Below are positions 1 through 14,100 of a DNA stretch of 64,000 bases, piece by piece. Numbering within the stretch: position 1 is the first letter of the stretch; each line of letters begins with the position of its first letter. The notes beneath the pieces were generated by a model that saw nothing but the letters and a program-made list of their open reading frames with translations, ran no database searches and was not told where the DNA came from. The position numbers and the translations under genes were made by a program. Source of the DNA: Eledone cirrhosa (Eukaryota); contig OZ024746.1 of NCBI GenBank assembly GCA_964016885.1, positions 32,116,001 to 32,180,000 of the forward strand, written 5' to 3'.

Positions 1-3000
1 TTTTTACCATATTCTTGTAACTACAAGTCTACACTTGGTATCTACCAGTGCTACCGCATACATTCCCAATAGTGACAGAGCTCTAGATTACTCACTGCGG
101 AAAAATTGGCACTGCTAATCAAGAGACCAAAGTTCACAGTAACCTGCAGGCTCCCAAAGCAAAAATTCACCATGTCCATCCCTAGAGTGGCTTATACCCT
201 ACATTGATCACACCAACTCAATGGAGACAATAAAAAAACATGACCACAATGAAAGACTGAAGCCCTACCCCTAGGGGTATAGTTTCGCAAAACAGCTCAA
301 AACAGTCATGGTGAGATATATTATTATACATAAACGTAGCATCTATGCCTTCATATACACCTCTTTTATGTGTGTGTATATATATATATATGTTTCATCA
401 TCACCGTTTTTATGCTTGCATGCGTTAGACTGGTCAGGTGACTAGGTTCTGCTAGTATTTTGGCTTGGTTTCAACGGACGTACGCCCTTCCCAACACCAG
501 CGACTTTACAGAGTATACTGCAAGCATTTTATTGTGATTCCAGCACTACCACATGATGGACTGGATACTTTTGTTGTATTTATAAATATACTATATACAA
601 AATCAGTTCTGTATGAGCAACACATGGTCACCTGACCTGGCATTGCCCACAACAGGACAACTTCTCTAACCCATGCGAGCGTGGAAGAACAGACATAAAA
701 TGGTGATGATGATGATATTGTGTCTGATAAGCCTGTGAACATGCAAGCAAAACTCCAGAACAACAGAACCCTTGCTTGCCCAGCCCTGCCATGGTACTGA
801 CTAGTTATTCTCATAACCATCAATATTATAACTAGATACAAACTATGTTAATAGTTTGATTTTGCTCTACATTACTTGTAGTTTCAGGGATGTAACTATG
901 TCTAATATCTATCAAGGCAGCCAGTTCTTCAGCAAGTCTTTCTATTTCATATTGTTTTTATGAGGCCTTTATTAAAACATCCAAAGAAATCCATGAGGTA
1001 CAACCTTATAAAAGGCCAGCTAAACCTACATCAATGCGAGCTGTAAATTCAATTTTTTTTTACATTCATATACACACACAAACAGTGGATTTATTTTAAA
1101 GCTGAAATATAAAAGTGAAGAATAACATTTTGGTCAGTGTTTTATTTTTAACTTTTTATTTTTATTTATTTATTTATTTATTCAATCAACCTTTTAAATG
1201 AAGAATCTTAGTAACAGCAACGTTTCTAAGAAGTTAAACTATTACAAAACTGAAGTCTTGTTCTTGTGGTTCATTTAGGTGTAAATTGAAATAATTTGCT
1301 AATGGAAGTAACATGATTAGTTGTAGGTGTGTGTTAGAAAGGACTTTGGCTTGTAATGGAAAGAGTGGGCAAAAGCTACATTCTGTGGCTTCAAAAAAGC
1401 TGCAGAGGTTTTTAAATTATATGAATTAATGTATTTTAGTAATTACAATAATAATTAATATTTGCAATAATTAGTCATTTGAAGGAGAAAGGTAGTAGAA
1501 AAAAAAAAAAAAAATCCTCTGCCAGTGGAGTTTGATTTATAATTAAATGAAATATAAAATAACTTACTTTAAATTTTATTTTTTTTCTCTATAATCTATA
1601 AAGAAAATCGAACTTTTTAACAATATTAACTCTTAACATACTGTAATAATTTAGCAGAAAATGTTTAAAAACAGGTTTGCTCATTCAAATGTTTATAGTA
1701 TATTTGCTAGTGCACAGATCTTTGTGAAAATTTGCTGTATTAGAGTAAAGACTAATTTTAATGTGATGCAATCATAGTACTGTTTTGTAATTTTTGAGAA
1801 TGTCTTGCTAATGTAGTTTTATGTGGTAGAAAATATACTGGCCCTGTTGAAGATGAATGAATGAATAGCCTCAAATCTAATAATGGTTTATAAATATAAG
1901 TGTTATGTTAATTTAAATGGAGGTTTTCATCATTTCATCTTCTCTGGCTTTCAATCTCTTAAGAAAGCCAGCTTCAACATTACTTTCAATTGTTCATAAA
2001 TAGAAATATTTAAAGTTTCAAATCTCTGCGCATGAGCTTTAATAATTTAAAGAGGATAACACCACCATCACCACTTTTAACAACTGGTTTCTACTTTAAC
2101 CCCTTTAGTGCTAGGGCCTTTTTGACTATATAGCAAAATAATACTATAGGTTAATTGTCAAAAACAATGGAAGAGCATTACATTTTTAGGCTGATATATT
2201 GCCAATGTGTTTTTGGCTATGTTATCAAGGCCAATATATCAACTGTCTAGTGTTTTTGGCTATGTTTTCAAAGTCAATATATCAGCCATTGCAATGAGGG
2301 TTAATTGTAACAGTTTGAATAAGCAACAAACTGTCTATATTGATTCAATAACCTTGATTCTTGTCAAGCATTATACAAGTTCTCTCCCTTACCTCTCACA
2401 AACAAATAGTGAATTGTTGTAACAGGGACACAATTTTATCGAAATATGGTAGTTAGGGGTCACTGTTCAGCTTAATTTACAAACAAAACTAAAACAATAT
2501 ACTTTAGATTGTCAACACGATTGAATGAATCTCCTGTCATTTTTAGTTAAAGTTTGTCCCAAGCTGAGAAGTTCACCAGACCAGAGTTTATCCAAGAGTT
2601 ATTGGCATTGACTAACTAAGAGTACAAGATTCTCCCTTGAATGGAGCACCAGTTTGTTGCAGGATTAACCCCCAGCTATTGCTGCTGGTATTCCTTTGAC
2701 CCCCACCATAGTAACCATGGTAACAGTCTCTCACTACCATATTAACCATGGTAATACCCCCATTTCTATCTACCACTACACCGAATCCTAGGTACGAAAA
2801 TAATTCATGGCAGCAGGCTAGACAGTTTTATTGGTCAACTGAACAGCTCTAATTTTTAAAGGAAAGCTGTACTAAGTTTACCACCAACAACAAAATACAG
2901 TGAAGGGTCATATAATCCTTTTTAAAGCTAAAACTGTAATATTTTCCTAAATATTACAACAGCAGTTGTTGCGAATGGACAATAGTGTTTGTGTTGTGTG

Positions 3001-4155
3001 TTCCTCTTTAAGTTATAAATAAATACCCATGACAGGTCCTATGGTGACATAAAAGTTGCTAACCCTTGTAATACCAAACTGCCTGAAACCAGCCCTGCTT
3101 CTACAATATAAAGCTGTTTATTTTGAAGTGTTTATAAAAATCTTTCATCATAATTCTATGTAAGGACCTTTAAGTTATGTTTCATAAACCAGCTTAAAAA
3201 AGAGAATATTAGATTACTAAATTCCTCCAAATTGTTGATTATTTTCAAAATTATTTGAAAATCATAGGTAACATCTTTCATTAACAATATGGTAACAAAA
3301 GAGCTAAAAATACTTTTCTAAACTATTATTGCAACAAGAATTACCTGCTGAAAAAAATATACAATTGAGGAGGAGATTTTATGGCAGATGGCAAGGTTTT
3401 ATGCCTTTTTTTAAATTTGAAATAATTGTGGGTCCCAAAATGTGCCATGACACGAGCTGTTACTTGAATAGGGGAGTCCTAAATGTATCCTCCCATAAGC
3501 TGTTTACTCAGGAGTCCCCAAAGGTATTGACATGAGCCCTATAGACTGGCCCCTAAATTACTAGGGTTCCCTAAATGCCAAACTTCAAGAAAGAAGTAAA
3601 AACAAAAATACAGCCTCAGCTAACATAAGAACCATTTAAATATGTCTATATTTTTCCTATGGGAAATGAAGAGAACTGTTTAACTTCAGTGTTTTACCTT
3701 TTCAACAATTCTGCTAAGTTGAAACATATTTCTTAATAATAATAATAATAATTAGTAATAATAATAGTTTCTATTGTATACAAAGAAATAAAAATGGGGA
3801 GAAAAATGAAAAGGTGTAGCATATTTGATTTTGGATTGGTCATCTCTGTAATAAATAGTAGTAGTAATGATAATAATAGTAGTAGTAATAATAATAATAA
3901 CCACATTCACTCTCTATTTCTGTCTGTCTCTCTCTCTCTAACATGTATGGTCAGCAGCAATATCAACACCACCACCCCTGCTCCTGGTACCCTCCAAGTT
4001 ATCCCTAATGTTAGTGTTGTAGTTCATTTGTTGTCTCCCCTTTATATCCTCTCTTGCGACGGAGTTTAGACATTCTGTTAGTGCTAGTAGCATCCTTACA
4101 CACACACACATACATAATTTGACGTCTGTTCTTCCTAACAAGGATTTTATATACG

Positions 4156-4203
<48 letters not shown>

Positions 4204-5047
4204 TATACACACACATACATACACTCATGCATACATATATACTGTGATGCATGTGCACAGACATACACAAACAGGCATACATTTCCATATATATATATAT
4301 ATATACTTACACACAAACGTGTATACATTTCTACACCGTACATATATATATAAGCATACATTTCCGAAGACACACACACACATATGTATATAGTGCCTTT
4401 TACTTTTTGGTGTTGGAATTGATTGTTTGAAATAAGGAGAAGAAATAAGGACAGCAGCAATGTACTACAATACAGCAGTGTCACAGTGGAAGGACCAGGG
4501 TGGGGAAGCAGTGTGTGTGTGTGTGTGTCTCCTTTCCATATAGCCCTCAACACAGGAGAGGAGTGTATGTGTTTCACTCCCCACCAACATTGCCCTCAAC
4601 AGAAGGATCAAGGGGGAGAATGTGTGCGTGCGTCTGTCCAACACTGGCCTCAATTGGCTACACATATTTATTATTATCATTATTATCATTATAAGTTTCA
4701 AGAACTGGTGCCAGACAAAACAATAATGTCAGGAATTACAAAATCTTTCCTTTCACTGCATCCAGAAATTTCCAGGAAAATATCGGAGGAGATCTTGGAG
4801 TTTATATCTTTGAAAAATATTTTTTTTTCTTTTCTTTTTATAAATAAAATATTTGTCTTTGTGTGTTCAAGTTTGTATATTCATCGTGATCGTCATCTTC
4901 GTCATCACCATCATTCCAGTTTTGATAAATTAATTATTTTTGCAGTCCGTCCAGTTTCATGCCAGTCTGTGTGATTATGGCTATGGAAATTGGTGGAATG
5001 TCTTAAAATGATTGAGCTTAAAAGCAAGAAGGATGAAAACAACAGTG

Positions 5048-5175
5048 TCACCTTCGACTGCTTGATGATGTGGAACTGAAGCTTTCTTTACTGCTCAACA
5101 GACTTTTCTCTCCAAGTAACTGCTTTGAACCAAATACAAATGGCAATGATGGACTGCTCTTTGACCGGCGGATAT
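5048..5175 (-). CDS. MPRIP: last coding exon (DIRRSKSSPSLPF...SSRR*)
   Basis: Acceptor ttttgcag; TGA at 5048-5050; SKS.P motif as in the MPRIP C-terminus. Confidence 0.88.
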
Positions 5176-8100
5176 CTGCAAAATAAACCACAATATTTGT
5201 TGGTTACTGAACACACACACACAAACATATCTTTTCTTTAATTTCTTTTGCCCCCTTTGGAGTATTGGGTGACTTATTTGGGGTTTCTGTAGCAATTCTC
5301 ATTAACCCTTCAGCATTTACATTACTCTATATTTACTATTATATTTTCACAGTAAAAGCTTTATCTTACATAATTATCTCACATAATATCGAATCTATGA
5401 GATTTTGATATTATTTATTTTGAGAACAGTACCTTAACATCAATATGAAAGGCTAGTTACAGCCAGTTTGAACAGAAAGCGGTGAGAGAATTCTGGCCGG
5501 ATATCTATCTATCTATGGAGGCACATGGCTTAGTGGTTAGAGCATTGGCCTTGCAATCAAAAGGTTGTGAGTTCAATTCTCAGACCGGGTGATGTGTTGT
5601 TTCCTTGAGCAAGACACTTTATTTCACATTGCTCCAGTTTACTCAGCTGTAGAAATGAGATGATAGGGACTGGGGTCCCTATCATTCCACTGCAAAGTGG
5701 TCGTGGAGGTGCCACGGCAAAAAAGCACCCAGCACTCACTGTAAATGAGGTTGGTGTTAGGAAGGGCAACCAGCTGTAGAAATCAAGCCAGAATCAGTTC
5801 CCGTCACACCCTTGCAAGCAGGGAAAAGCGGACGTAAAATGAAAAATGAAATGTCTATCTAGGGCGGGTAAAATTCCCAAGGTCCATGGACGAGTTCTCT
5901 CCAGCAGTCTCTGTCCCTCATTATCTCTGCCATGTCCTGCGTCTCCAAGAGACCAGTGTCTGTCCTTAGGGCATCAATATATGTTAACCTCAGTCTTCCT
6001 CTTCTAGTATGTCCATGCAGGGTCTCCCACAGGAGCATTGAGTGCAGTGTCAACTCTGGATGTCAGTGAGTATGTCCAGCTAACCTCAGTCTCCTCTGTG
6101 TCACTTTCGAGCTGACCTTTGGGAGGCTCCCGTACAGCTCTTAGTTCTTCATCCTCAGTGTATACTGATTAATGTTCAGAGCCATCCTCAGCATTCTCGG
6201 ATATGGCCGGTTTAAATGCTAAAGGGTTAAAAGAGGTAAGGCTATTAGCATTGCATCTCATCCCTTCTACCTTCTCAACATCAACTGAAAACTAACATAG
6301 CATTTCAATGGCAGTAGGGGCTGAGGTTCCATGACCCTGGATAGGATCTTGTTCCAGGTACTGTCAGTATGAGCCAAATGTGCCCTGTATAAACCACCTA
6401 TTATATAACATTCTTACCTCTGGTAAAGACAGTGTATAGTAGACAGTAAACACAAACCTTTATGTTGATAACGTCTCCCTTTGTGACTGTCACGACTGTT
6501 ATGTTCCTCCTTCCTCTGGCTTGTATAATGACTAGGGCTTGGACTTCTGGCACGGTGGTGGAATGACGGAACTGCAATGGGGAAAATATAGCCATTATTA
6601 ACCCTTCAATTACCCTTTTTTCAGGAAAAACATATAATTTTCAAATCATTTTAAAAACAAAGAATTTGGAGGGATTTAGTTATATAACTAACTTTCTCAT
6701 TATTAAGCTGCTTGACTCACTCTACCTGAATGCCAACAGGTTACACTTTTACTTCATGGCTTAATGAAAAGCAAAGCAGGACAAGACAAACCAGTTATAA
6801 TATATTTGATAGTAAATATAGAAAGGTTTACCTCTACGAACAGGTTGTTGTCTTCGTTGAAGGCTGTTTTGGTCAGGCTTTGTTTCTTCAATCGCCTTCT
6901 CTAACTTGGCTTTAAGGCAAATGTTTTCATCATGAACAACATTGTATAGTTTCTTACTCATCAGATACTGTGTTATCATTTGTTTGTGTTCCTACAGAGT
7001 CAACAAAGAAAAAAAAACAGCATTATAATACCACCCTGTGTATAAAGAATAGTTTCAAATATATAGTGTAGAAGGAACTCTAATCTTGTTTTAGGCCACA
7101 CAACCTCTCTGGTGCCATGATAAAATGCACCTAGTATACTCCGTAAAATGGTATGACACGTGCCACAAATTTTATCCAATACACTCTTTGAAGTGGTAGT
7201 GCTGGAGCCACAATGAAGTATATCCAGTCTATTCAGTAAAGTGGTCATACTGGTGCCAAAATAAAGTACACCTAGTACACTCTGTAAAGTGGTTGTGCTG
7301 ATGCCACAATGAAATATTGTCAGCCAACTGTATGGTTAAATTCAACGTACCTCTGTGATTCTCTGAAGATTTACCTCCCCTACCGTCACCTGAGATTTCA
7401 GTTTCTGTAGATCAGAATCCTTCATTCGGATCATTATCTAAAATAAGATGAGAAATAAAACAAATATTATTAGACATTTCGCAATATAGACAGACATTTA
7501 GAGGGTGGAGCTAATTGTTGCTTACCTTTATACATTGATTGTGAACTAATAAGAAGCTTTAACACACTAGCTAAACCTGTTCAATATTCCATGAGGGAGA
7601 TTTGGTTGTTATTTCTAAGAGATGACGAAATCCTTGTTTTCCCATCAAATAATGTTGAAAATGTTTGAGATAAAAACAACAGAGACGATCTTTAAGTTGG
7701 GACACAACTGTCAGAAAGTCTGAGAATCATGTTCAAATATGGGACACAATTGACAAAGTTAGTTTGAGAACCATGTTAAAATATGGGACACAAGTGACAG
7801 TGTCTGAGAACCTTGTTAAAAAATGGGACACAAGTGACAGAGTGTCTAAGAATCCTGTTAAAATATATGATATTTCTGGTCCCAGTGTGATAAATAAAAG
7901 GCCTTTGATTCTTGATAGGGTCATGGTGAAACCGGGTACATGGTATGCCTTGGGCATTTAAAACCTGGTGGAGCCCTTATCTTTCCATATCAGAACACAG
8001 CTGATTTCTTCCACAGAGAAAGAGAGAAAGAAATACAGAGAAAAAAATCGACCCCAGTACTGGACATCAACAGATGTGAATGTTATGAAGAACAACAGGT

Positions 8101-11100
8101 TGCACCTACTTGAGCTTCATATAAATCTTCAATAGGTGTGAACCTTATAAACAACAACAACCTACCTGAGCTTCGTATAGATCTTCTTCAAGAGAAGAAC
8201 TGCCAGCAGGGAGACCTTTAGGACTTCGTTTCTTCAGCAATTCTTTCAATTCAGCAATTTCCCCATCCAGTAAATTTCCCAACTGTTTATTACTGAAACA
8301 AAGAACAGTGATATATAATCTAACTGATCAGATGATATGCTGACAGAAGATATGATACCTTTATGTAAATGAAAGTGTGTGGTTTATAGTTAATGAAGAA
8401 CTTTGAGGAATTTGCTTAAATCAATAATTTCATTACTAATATAGTAACTTAACATATGCTTCAGGCACATGGCTTAGTGGTAAAGAACATTGGCCTTGCA
8501 ATCGAAAGGTTGCGAGTTCAATTCTCAGACCGGGTGATGTGTTTTTCCATGAGCAAGACACTTTATTTCACATTGCTCCAGTTTACTCAGCTGTAGAAAT
8601 GAGATGATAGGGACTGGGGTCCATATCATTCCACTGCAAAGTGGTTGTGGAGGTGCCACGGAAAAAAAGCACCCAGCACTCACTGTAAATGAGGTTGGTG
8701 TTAAGAAGGGCATCCAGCTGTAGAAATCAAGCCAGAATCAGTTCCCGTCCCACCCTTGCAAGTAGGGAAAAAGTGGACGTAAAATGAAATGATGATGAAT
8801 GATGATGCTTCTTATATAAAATTATATTGAAAGATTTTAAATTTAAATAGGAACCCTTTACAAGGAGGTATTTTGTTTCAAAGAACCAGAGTTAGTTTTG
8901 GACACGTTATAAAAAAGGATTAAGAAAATGTGAAATTCTTCAAAATACTTACTCGTTCAAGATTTTCTCTATTTGTTCATATTGTTCTTGTTTTGATTTG
9001 GTCAAACGTTCTTCTAACATTTTATAATCTTCACATTTACTGACATAATGTAAGTTTAATGTCTTCAGCTCTTCTTGAAGTCGACTAGTTTCAAGTCTGT
9101 TCAAATAAACACACATTTCACACAATGTTAGACTTTAGAATCAATTCATGACAAGATGTTATAAATTTATACCCTTTAAGAGATTCACCATCATGCTACG
9201 CTGGTTTTCAGCCAGAGACTAGAACTAACATTGCAGTATATATGGTGCCCTTGACCTTGTTAAAAACAACAAATTGTTCTGAGTGGCTTTGCAACTAGCA
9301 AAGATTGATAGCATCGCATATCACCCCACGGCAAGAATTTGTCACTGTCAAACAGCCCCCCACCCGTCACGCCTGACTGAAAAACTGCCTCCGTACCAAT
9401 TCTATTCTTTGTTTATATTTTGCTGGAATCCAGTAATTGATTACTTGATCTTTTAAATCTTTTTATGCAAATTATAGCTGATAACATCATCACATGTCTT
9501 GAGTCATGATCTGATGACAAAAGCTTGCTGGTCATAGAAATACGTATTGGGAAGTTTGGAACATTAAACGAATATCTGGAATCCAGCCATCTTTTATCAT
9601 TGAAATGTATGTGTGTGAAGTGAACTTGAAAAAGAACTGCTTTAGATATGAACGACTAAATCCCTTTGATGTGGTGTTCCAGTATGGCCACAGTATAATG
9701 ACTAAAGCCAGTAAAAAGATGAGTGCGATAATTACTGGGAGTACAGACTACATTCTCACAAGTTATATATAGTCCCGCTTAAGGTTTGAGTGTTGTAGAC
9801 TAGAGACATAAATCTGATCAACATATAGGTTATTAGACAACCAGAGTTATGTCCCTTAGAAGTTACTAGTTCGGCATAATTTTTATGTTGGTTCAGCTTT
9901 TCATTTATATAAATTACTTACTAAGGGTCATAACTCTGGTTATATCCCGTAAAAGATGAAAGTCCTTTTGAGGCCGTTCAACATTTTGTTGTAGCGATAT
10001 CTCGGACTAAAATTACACACTAACACACATTCTTGCACTGATGGCCTCCTCTTTCATTAACAAAGCATCTTTTACATCCCCACCATATTTTGATATGATT
10101 GTAAAACTCCACAAAGTTCGATGTGACTGTAAAACTACAAACTTACTCATGCCGGTTTCTTATTTCATTAACATAGTCTTCTGTGTACATAGTCTTCAGA
10201 GCTTCACGGAATTTGTTCTTCTCTCTATCAAGGTCGTCATCGTAGGCTTTGCGCATTGATTCAAGAGCTGAAATAACAAGGAATATTAACCCAATGAACA
10301 ACAGTCTTACTGTAAAGCCTCACTAAATAAGATTATTTTAACATAAACATACTAAACACAATTAACCCTTTTGCATTCACATTTTATATATACTATTATA
10401 TTTTCATGGTAAAGGCTTTACCTCACATAATTATCTCACATAATATCGAATCTATGAGATTTTGAAAGTATTTATTTTGAGAACAATACCTTAACATCAG
10501 TTTGAGCAACCAGTTACAGCCAGTTTCAACAGAAAGAGGTAGAGTATTCTGGCTGGTTTGAACATTAAAGGGTTAATAATGATCTGTCCACCAGTAAACA
10601 TATAAGAATGAGCTGAAAAGTTCATAGGCTGATTATGAAGGCATGATGCTAGCATTGTGAAATCTTGCATGCATTAATTTCAACTCCTCTTAATAACTGA
10701 CCATTCAAAGAAGAATTCAAAAGTAACTAGTAGCAACTTCTCTTGAAAATGGAAAAAATTTGGCATTGTGTTGTCTTGTTTCATCAGGATGATGCTCCAG
10801 CATGCAAGTCCTTGGTTTCAATGGCTGCTATGCATGATTGTGGCTTTGAACTGGTTCATCACCTCCCTATTCTCCTGATTTAGCTCCATCTGACTCATCT
10901 GTTCCTTAATTCGAAAAAAACACTTGGTAGGGAACTGGCGTTGCAGTGATGATGACGTCATATCTACTATTGATGACTTTTTTTACCAACAGGATGAAAG
11001 TTTCTTCACTAATGGGATCCAAGCACTGCAACACCAATGGAAGAAGTGTGTGGACTGCAAGGGGAACTACATTGAAAAATAAACCTCATTTGGTCACCCT

Positions 11101-14100
11101 GTGAATTTTTCAGCCTCGTGTACACATCAATAAACTCATTTAAAAATATTTTTTGCCGAATCATTGCAGGATGTTAAAAGTTAAAATAAAGAAGTGAATA
11201 AATAAATTCTAACAAAAATACTGACCAGCTTTAATTTCTTTATCTTCTTTCTCTCTCATCTGCTGCTCCTCTTCTGTAGCATTTGCCATTTGGTCTCCCT
11301 GGAGTAAACAAAACAAGACTTACATTAATAATAGGGGAAATACCCAGTGGTATTCTCTAATTGAAAACCACATAGTAAAAGATCATCTTCCATCACTTCT
11401 TTGCATATATCCCTTTGTCTTCCTCAGGTCCCTTCCATTTTGATCATCTGACACTTCGTTATCTAACTGCCATCCTTCATAAGCCTTATGTCTGTACCAG
11501 GATAGTTTTCTCTCATACACTACATATGATTCTACATTTACCCAGCTTTTCTATCACCTCAATTATGCCTCATCATTCATGTATACTAACATTACATATC
11601 AAGCAGAGTATACACATTTCATTTCTTCCCAATTTTCACACATTCTCTACATTTAATGCCCAAGATTCACTTCATGCAACAACATCTCCCTACATTACAA
11701 GGATTTCTGTGGTTTGTGGAGTTCATGCCTTGCTTATGTAGAATTTCTTTCAGAGTTGGAACATATGGAACAAAACATGGCTGTTAAACAATGTCTTGTC
11801 TTGCTTGGTCCACGATGGTCCAAAGAACCCATTCCAACACAGAAATCATTATCATCCTTACCATTGTTTCCTGGATTGGTTATGATCTGAGACTAAACAA
11901 GTCAAATGATCACATGATGATGATGATAGTGAGTGACTACTTTCATGGATGGTTAGCAGGGAGACCAGAGAGAGGGGTTGAAAGGTGAAATATGAAATAA
12001 GTTGACCAAATTACCTGAACTACAGGAGAGGTGATAGCATCTTCATGGGGATGCTCAAAATTTCCCAGAATAGTGAAGCTGACATCTGTCTCATTGATGA
12101 TACCATCTATTTGGTCTTCAGGAATAACAACTTCATTATGCTGGAAATGACAGATAGACATAATGTTAGAGTCAGAAATATATTCCTCAAATCCAAGGAA
12201 ACAAATTAAAAGAAAGGGATGAGGCCACAGCCACAACTGAACTTTTTAAGCATTTGTTAAATGGCAACTTGAAAGTAAACACTTAAAATTAAGCAACATA
12301 ATTATGGTGGCTGTGGTAGTAGTGATGATAATGGTGGTGGTAATGACAAGGATTATGGTGATAATAAATAAACAAATAAAATCAAAACATTTACTTACAG
12401 AGGAAGTTTGGAGATTTTGTTGAAATTGTTCAATTTTCTGTGATAATTTACTGTCAGAGATTTTAGACTTTATTTCATCAACTAAAGTCTACAAAATTAA
12501 AAAAGAAGATAGAAGAAAATAGGGATTATTTCACAAACAGTGCAAAAATGTTAGTTATACTAAATCTTTCCAGATATTTTATTATTTTCAAAAATATTTG
12601 TAAATGTGTTTCATTAGAAATATGGTACCCAAAAGCATTTACATATGTCTAAAAATGTCTCATCCCAATTTTATGTAAGAACTTGTGTTAAGTTATGTTC
12701 CAAACATTAGCTTGACATTCAGAAAGTTAGGTATATTTCTGAATTCCTTCAAATTCTTAATTATTTCCAAAATAATTTGAAAATAATAGTATTTTTCAGT
12801 GGCAATCTGGTAACAAAAGGGTTAATTAGATTCCATCACATTCCTACATGTGTACTGTGTCTTTGGATTGGTAAAGTAAATAGGGAAAATATTTGCATGT
12901 GTAAAATGAAGTCAATTAACTCTTTTGATAGCAACTTGTCCAAAACTGCCTCTAGTTCTATGACGCAAAACCACTCATTCTAGAGGGTTCTTATTTACAT
13001 CAAAATCTTCCAACATAATTTTATATAAGAACCATATTTTAAGTCATAAAAAGGTTAATACTTACATTGAAATAACTTTTCTGTACAGCCATGTTTCTGG
13101 AGAGTTGGTTAACTTGATCTCTCAACTGTGCTTCTGTTTGGTGTTCATTGGCTTGAATGGCACCTACAGCTGTGGTAATGTCCATTTTAACTTGTTCTAG
13201 CTCAGCTTCTCGTTCATCAACCATACAGTCAAGATCATCTTGTAAGTGGGCAATTCGCTCTTCATACTCAGACACTAAAGCATCTCTCTCTTGGTCTCGT
13301 TCTTTGATTAATTTACTCATTTTATTACATGTGGAGCTAATTTCCTTTTTGACGCTATCAACATGGCTTTTGTGTAAATCATTCACCAGTTGACATTCTT
13401 TTTCAAAAACTGATTCCAGGTTTTCGATCTGTTTTTTTGCCCATTCACACTCACTGCAACCTTCTTGTACTCCCTGAGTTTCAAATTTTAAAGAGTCAAT
13501 TTCTCGCTTCAAGGCACTAAGAACATTCAGTTCATCTCTATGATGATGTTCAATGACTTCTTCAAAACCCTTTAACATGCCTTGCACATCTATTGAAGGT
13601 TGTTTGCTATCCATCAGTTGCATATCTTTAGCAGAGGTCATGTTTGAGGCAAGTTTTAATTGGCTTAGTTCTTCAGTGTATTCTAATTTTAATTTCTCCA
13701 TCAAATAACACATTTGGGCTTGAAACACTGACTCGCGAATTACCTGTTGTGAAAAATTGGCCAAGCAATGGGGGAAATAATTTTCAGTAGATGAAACACA
13801 ATCAAGAAGTTTTTTAATATCTTGAACTTTCTGTTCATTTCCAGTTGTATTGGACTGGTTTATTAACTCACACAAAGTCTGCTCTTTTAGTTTAGCATTT
13901 GTTTTTAGGACACCACCTAGTTTTTTCATTAAAGTTTCCCATCGACGTTCATCATCAGATATACTCAATTCTACACTACGCTCTTCGACATTCTCAGAAC
14001 TGGAAGTAAATTTCTTTTCATATAATTCTGAAATATATGTAAGTTGCCCACGGATAGTTGCATTAAGTACAAGGACATCAGCTAACTCTACCAAGTGAGA

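Larger units (their letters stand above)
5302..6230. mobile_element. TTAA-ended (piggyBac-like) MITE interrupted by a SINE and a LINE fragment
   Basis: Ends ttaacccttcagcattt / aaatgctaaagggttaa; uninterrupted sister copy at 10362-10576. Confidence 0.75.

Noticed and set aside
4667-4672. AATAAA on the - strand as the polyadenylation signal
   Set aside because: Many such hexamers occur in this AT-rich sequence; the true 3' end cannot be chosen from sequence alone
3794-4974. ORFs of 64-188 aa rich in YI/CV/HT repeats, and similar ones throughout the window
   Set aside because: Translations of (TA)n/(CA)n microsatellites; this region is probably 3' UTR or downstream sequence
5517-5592. tRNA gene
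   Set aside because: The tRNA-like head continues into a repeated SINE body in several copies; no proper acceptor stem
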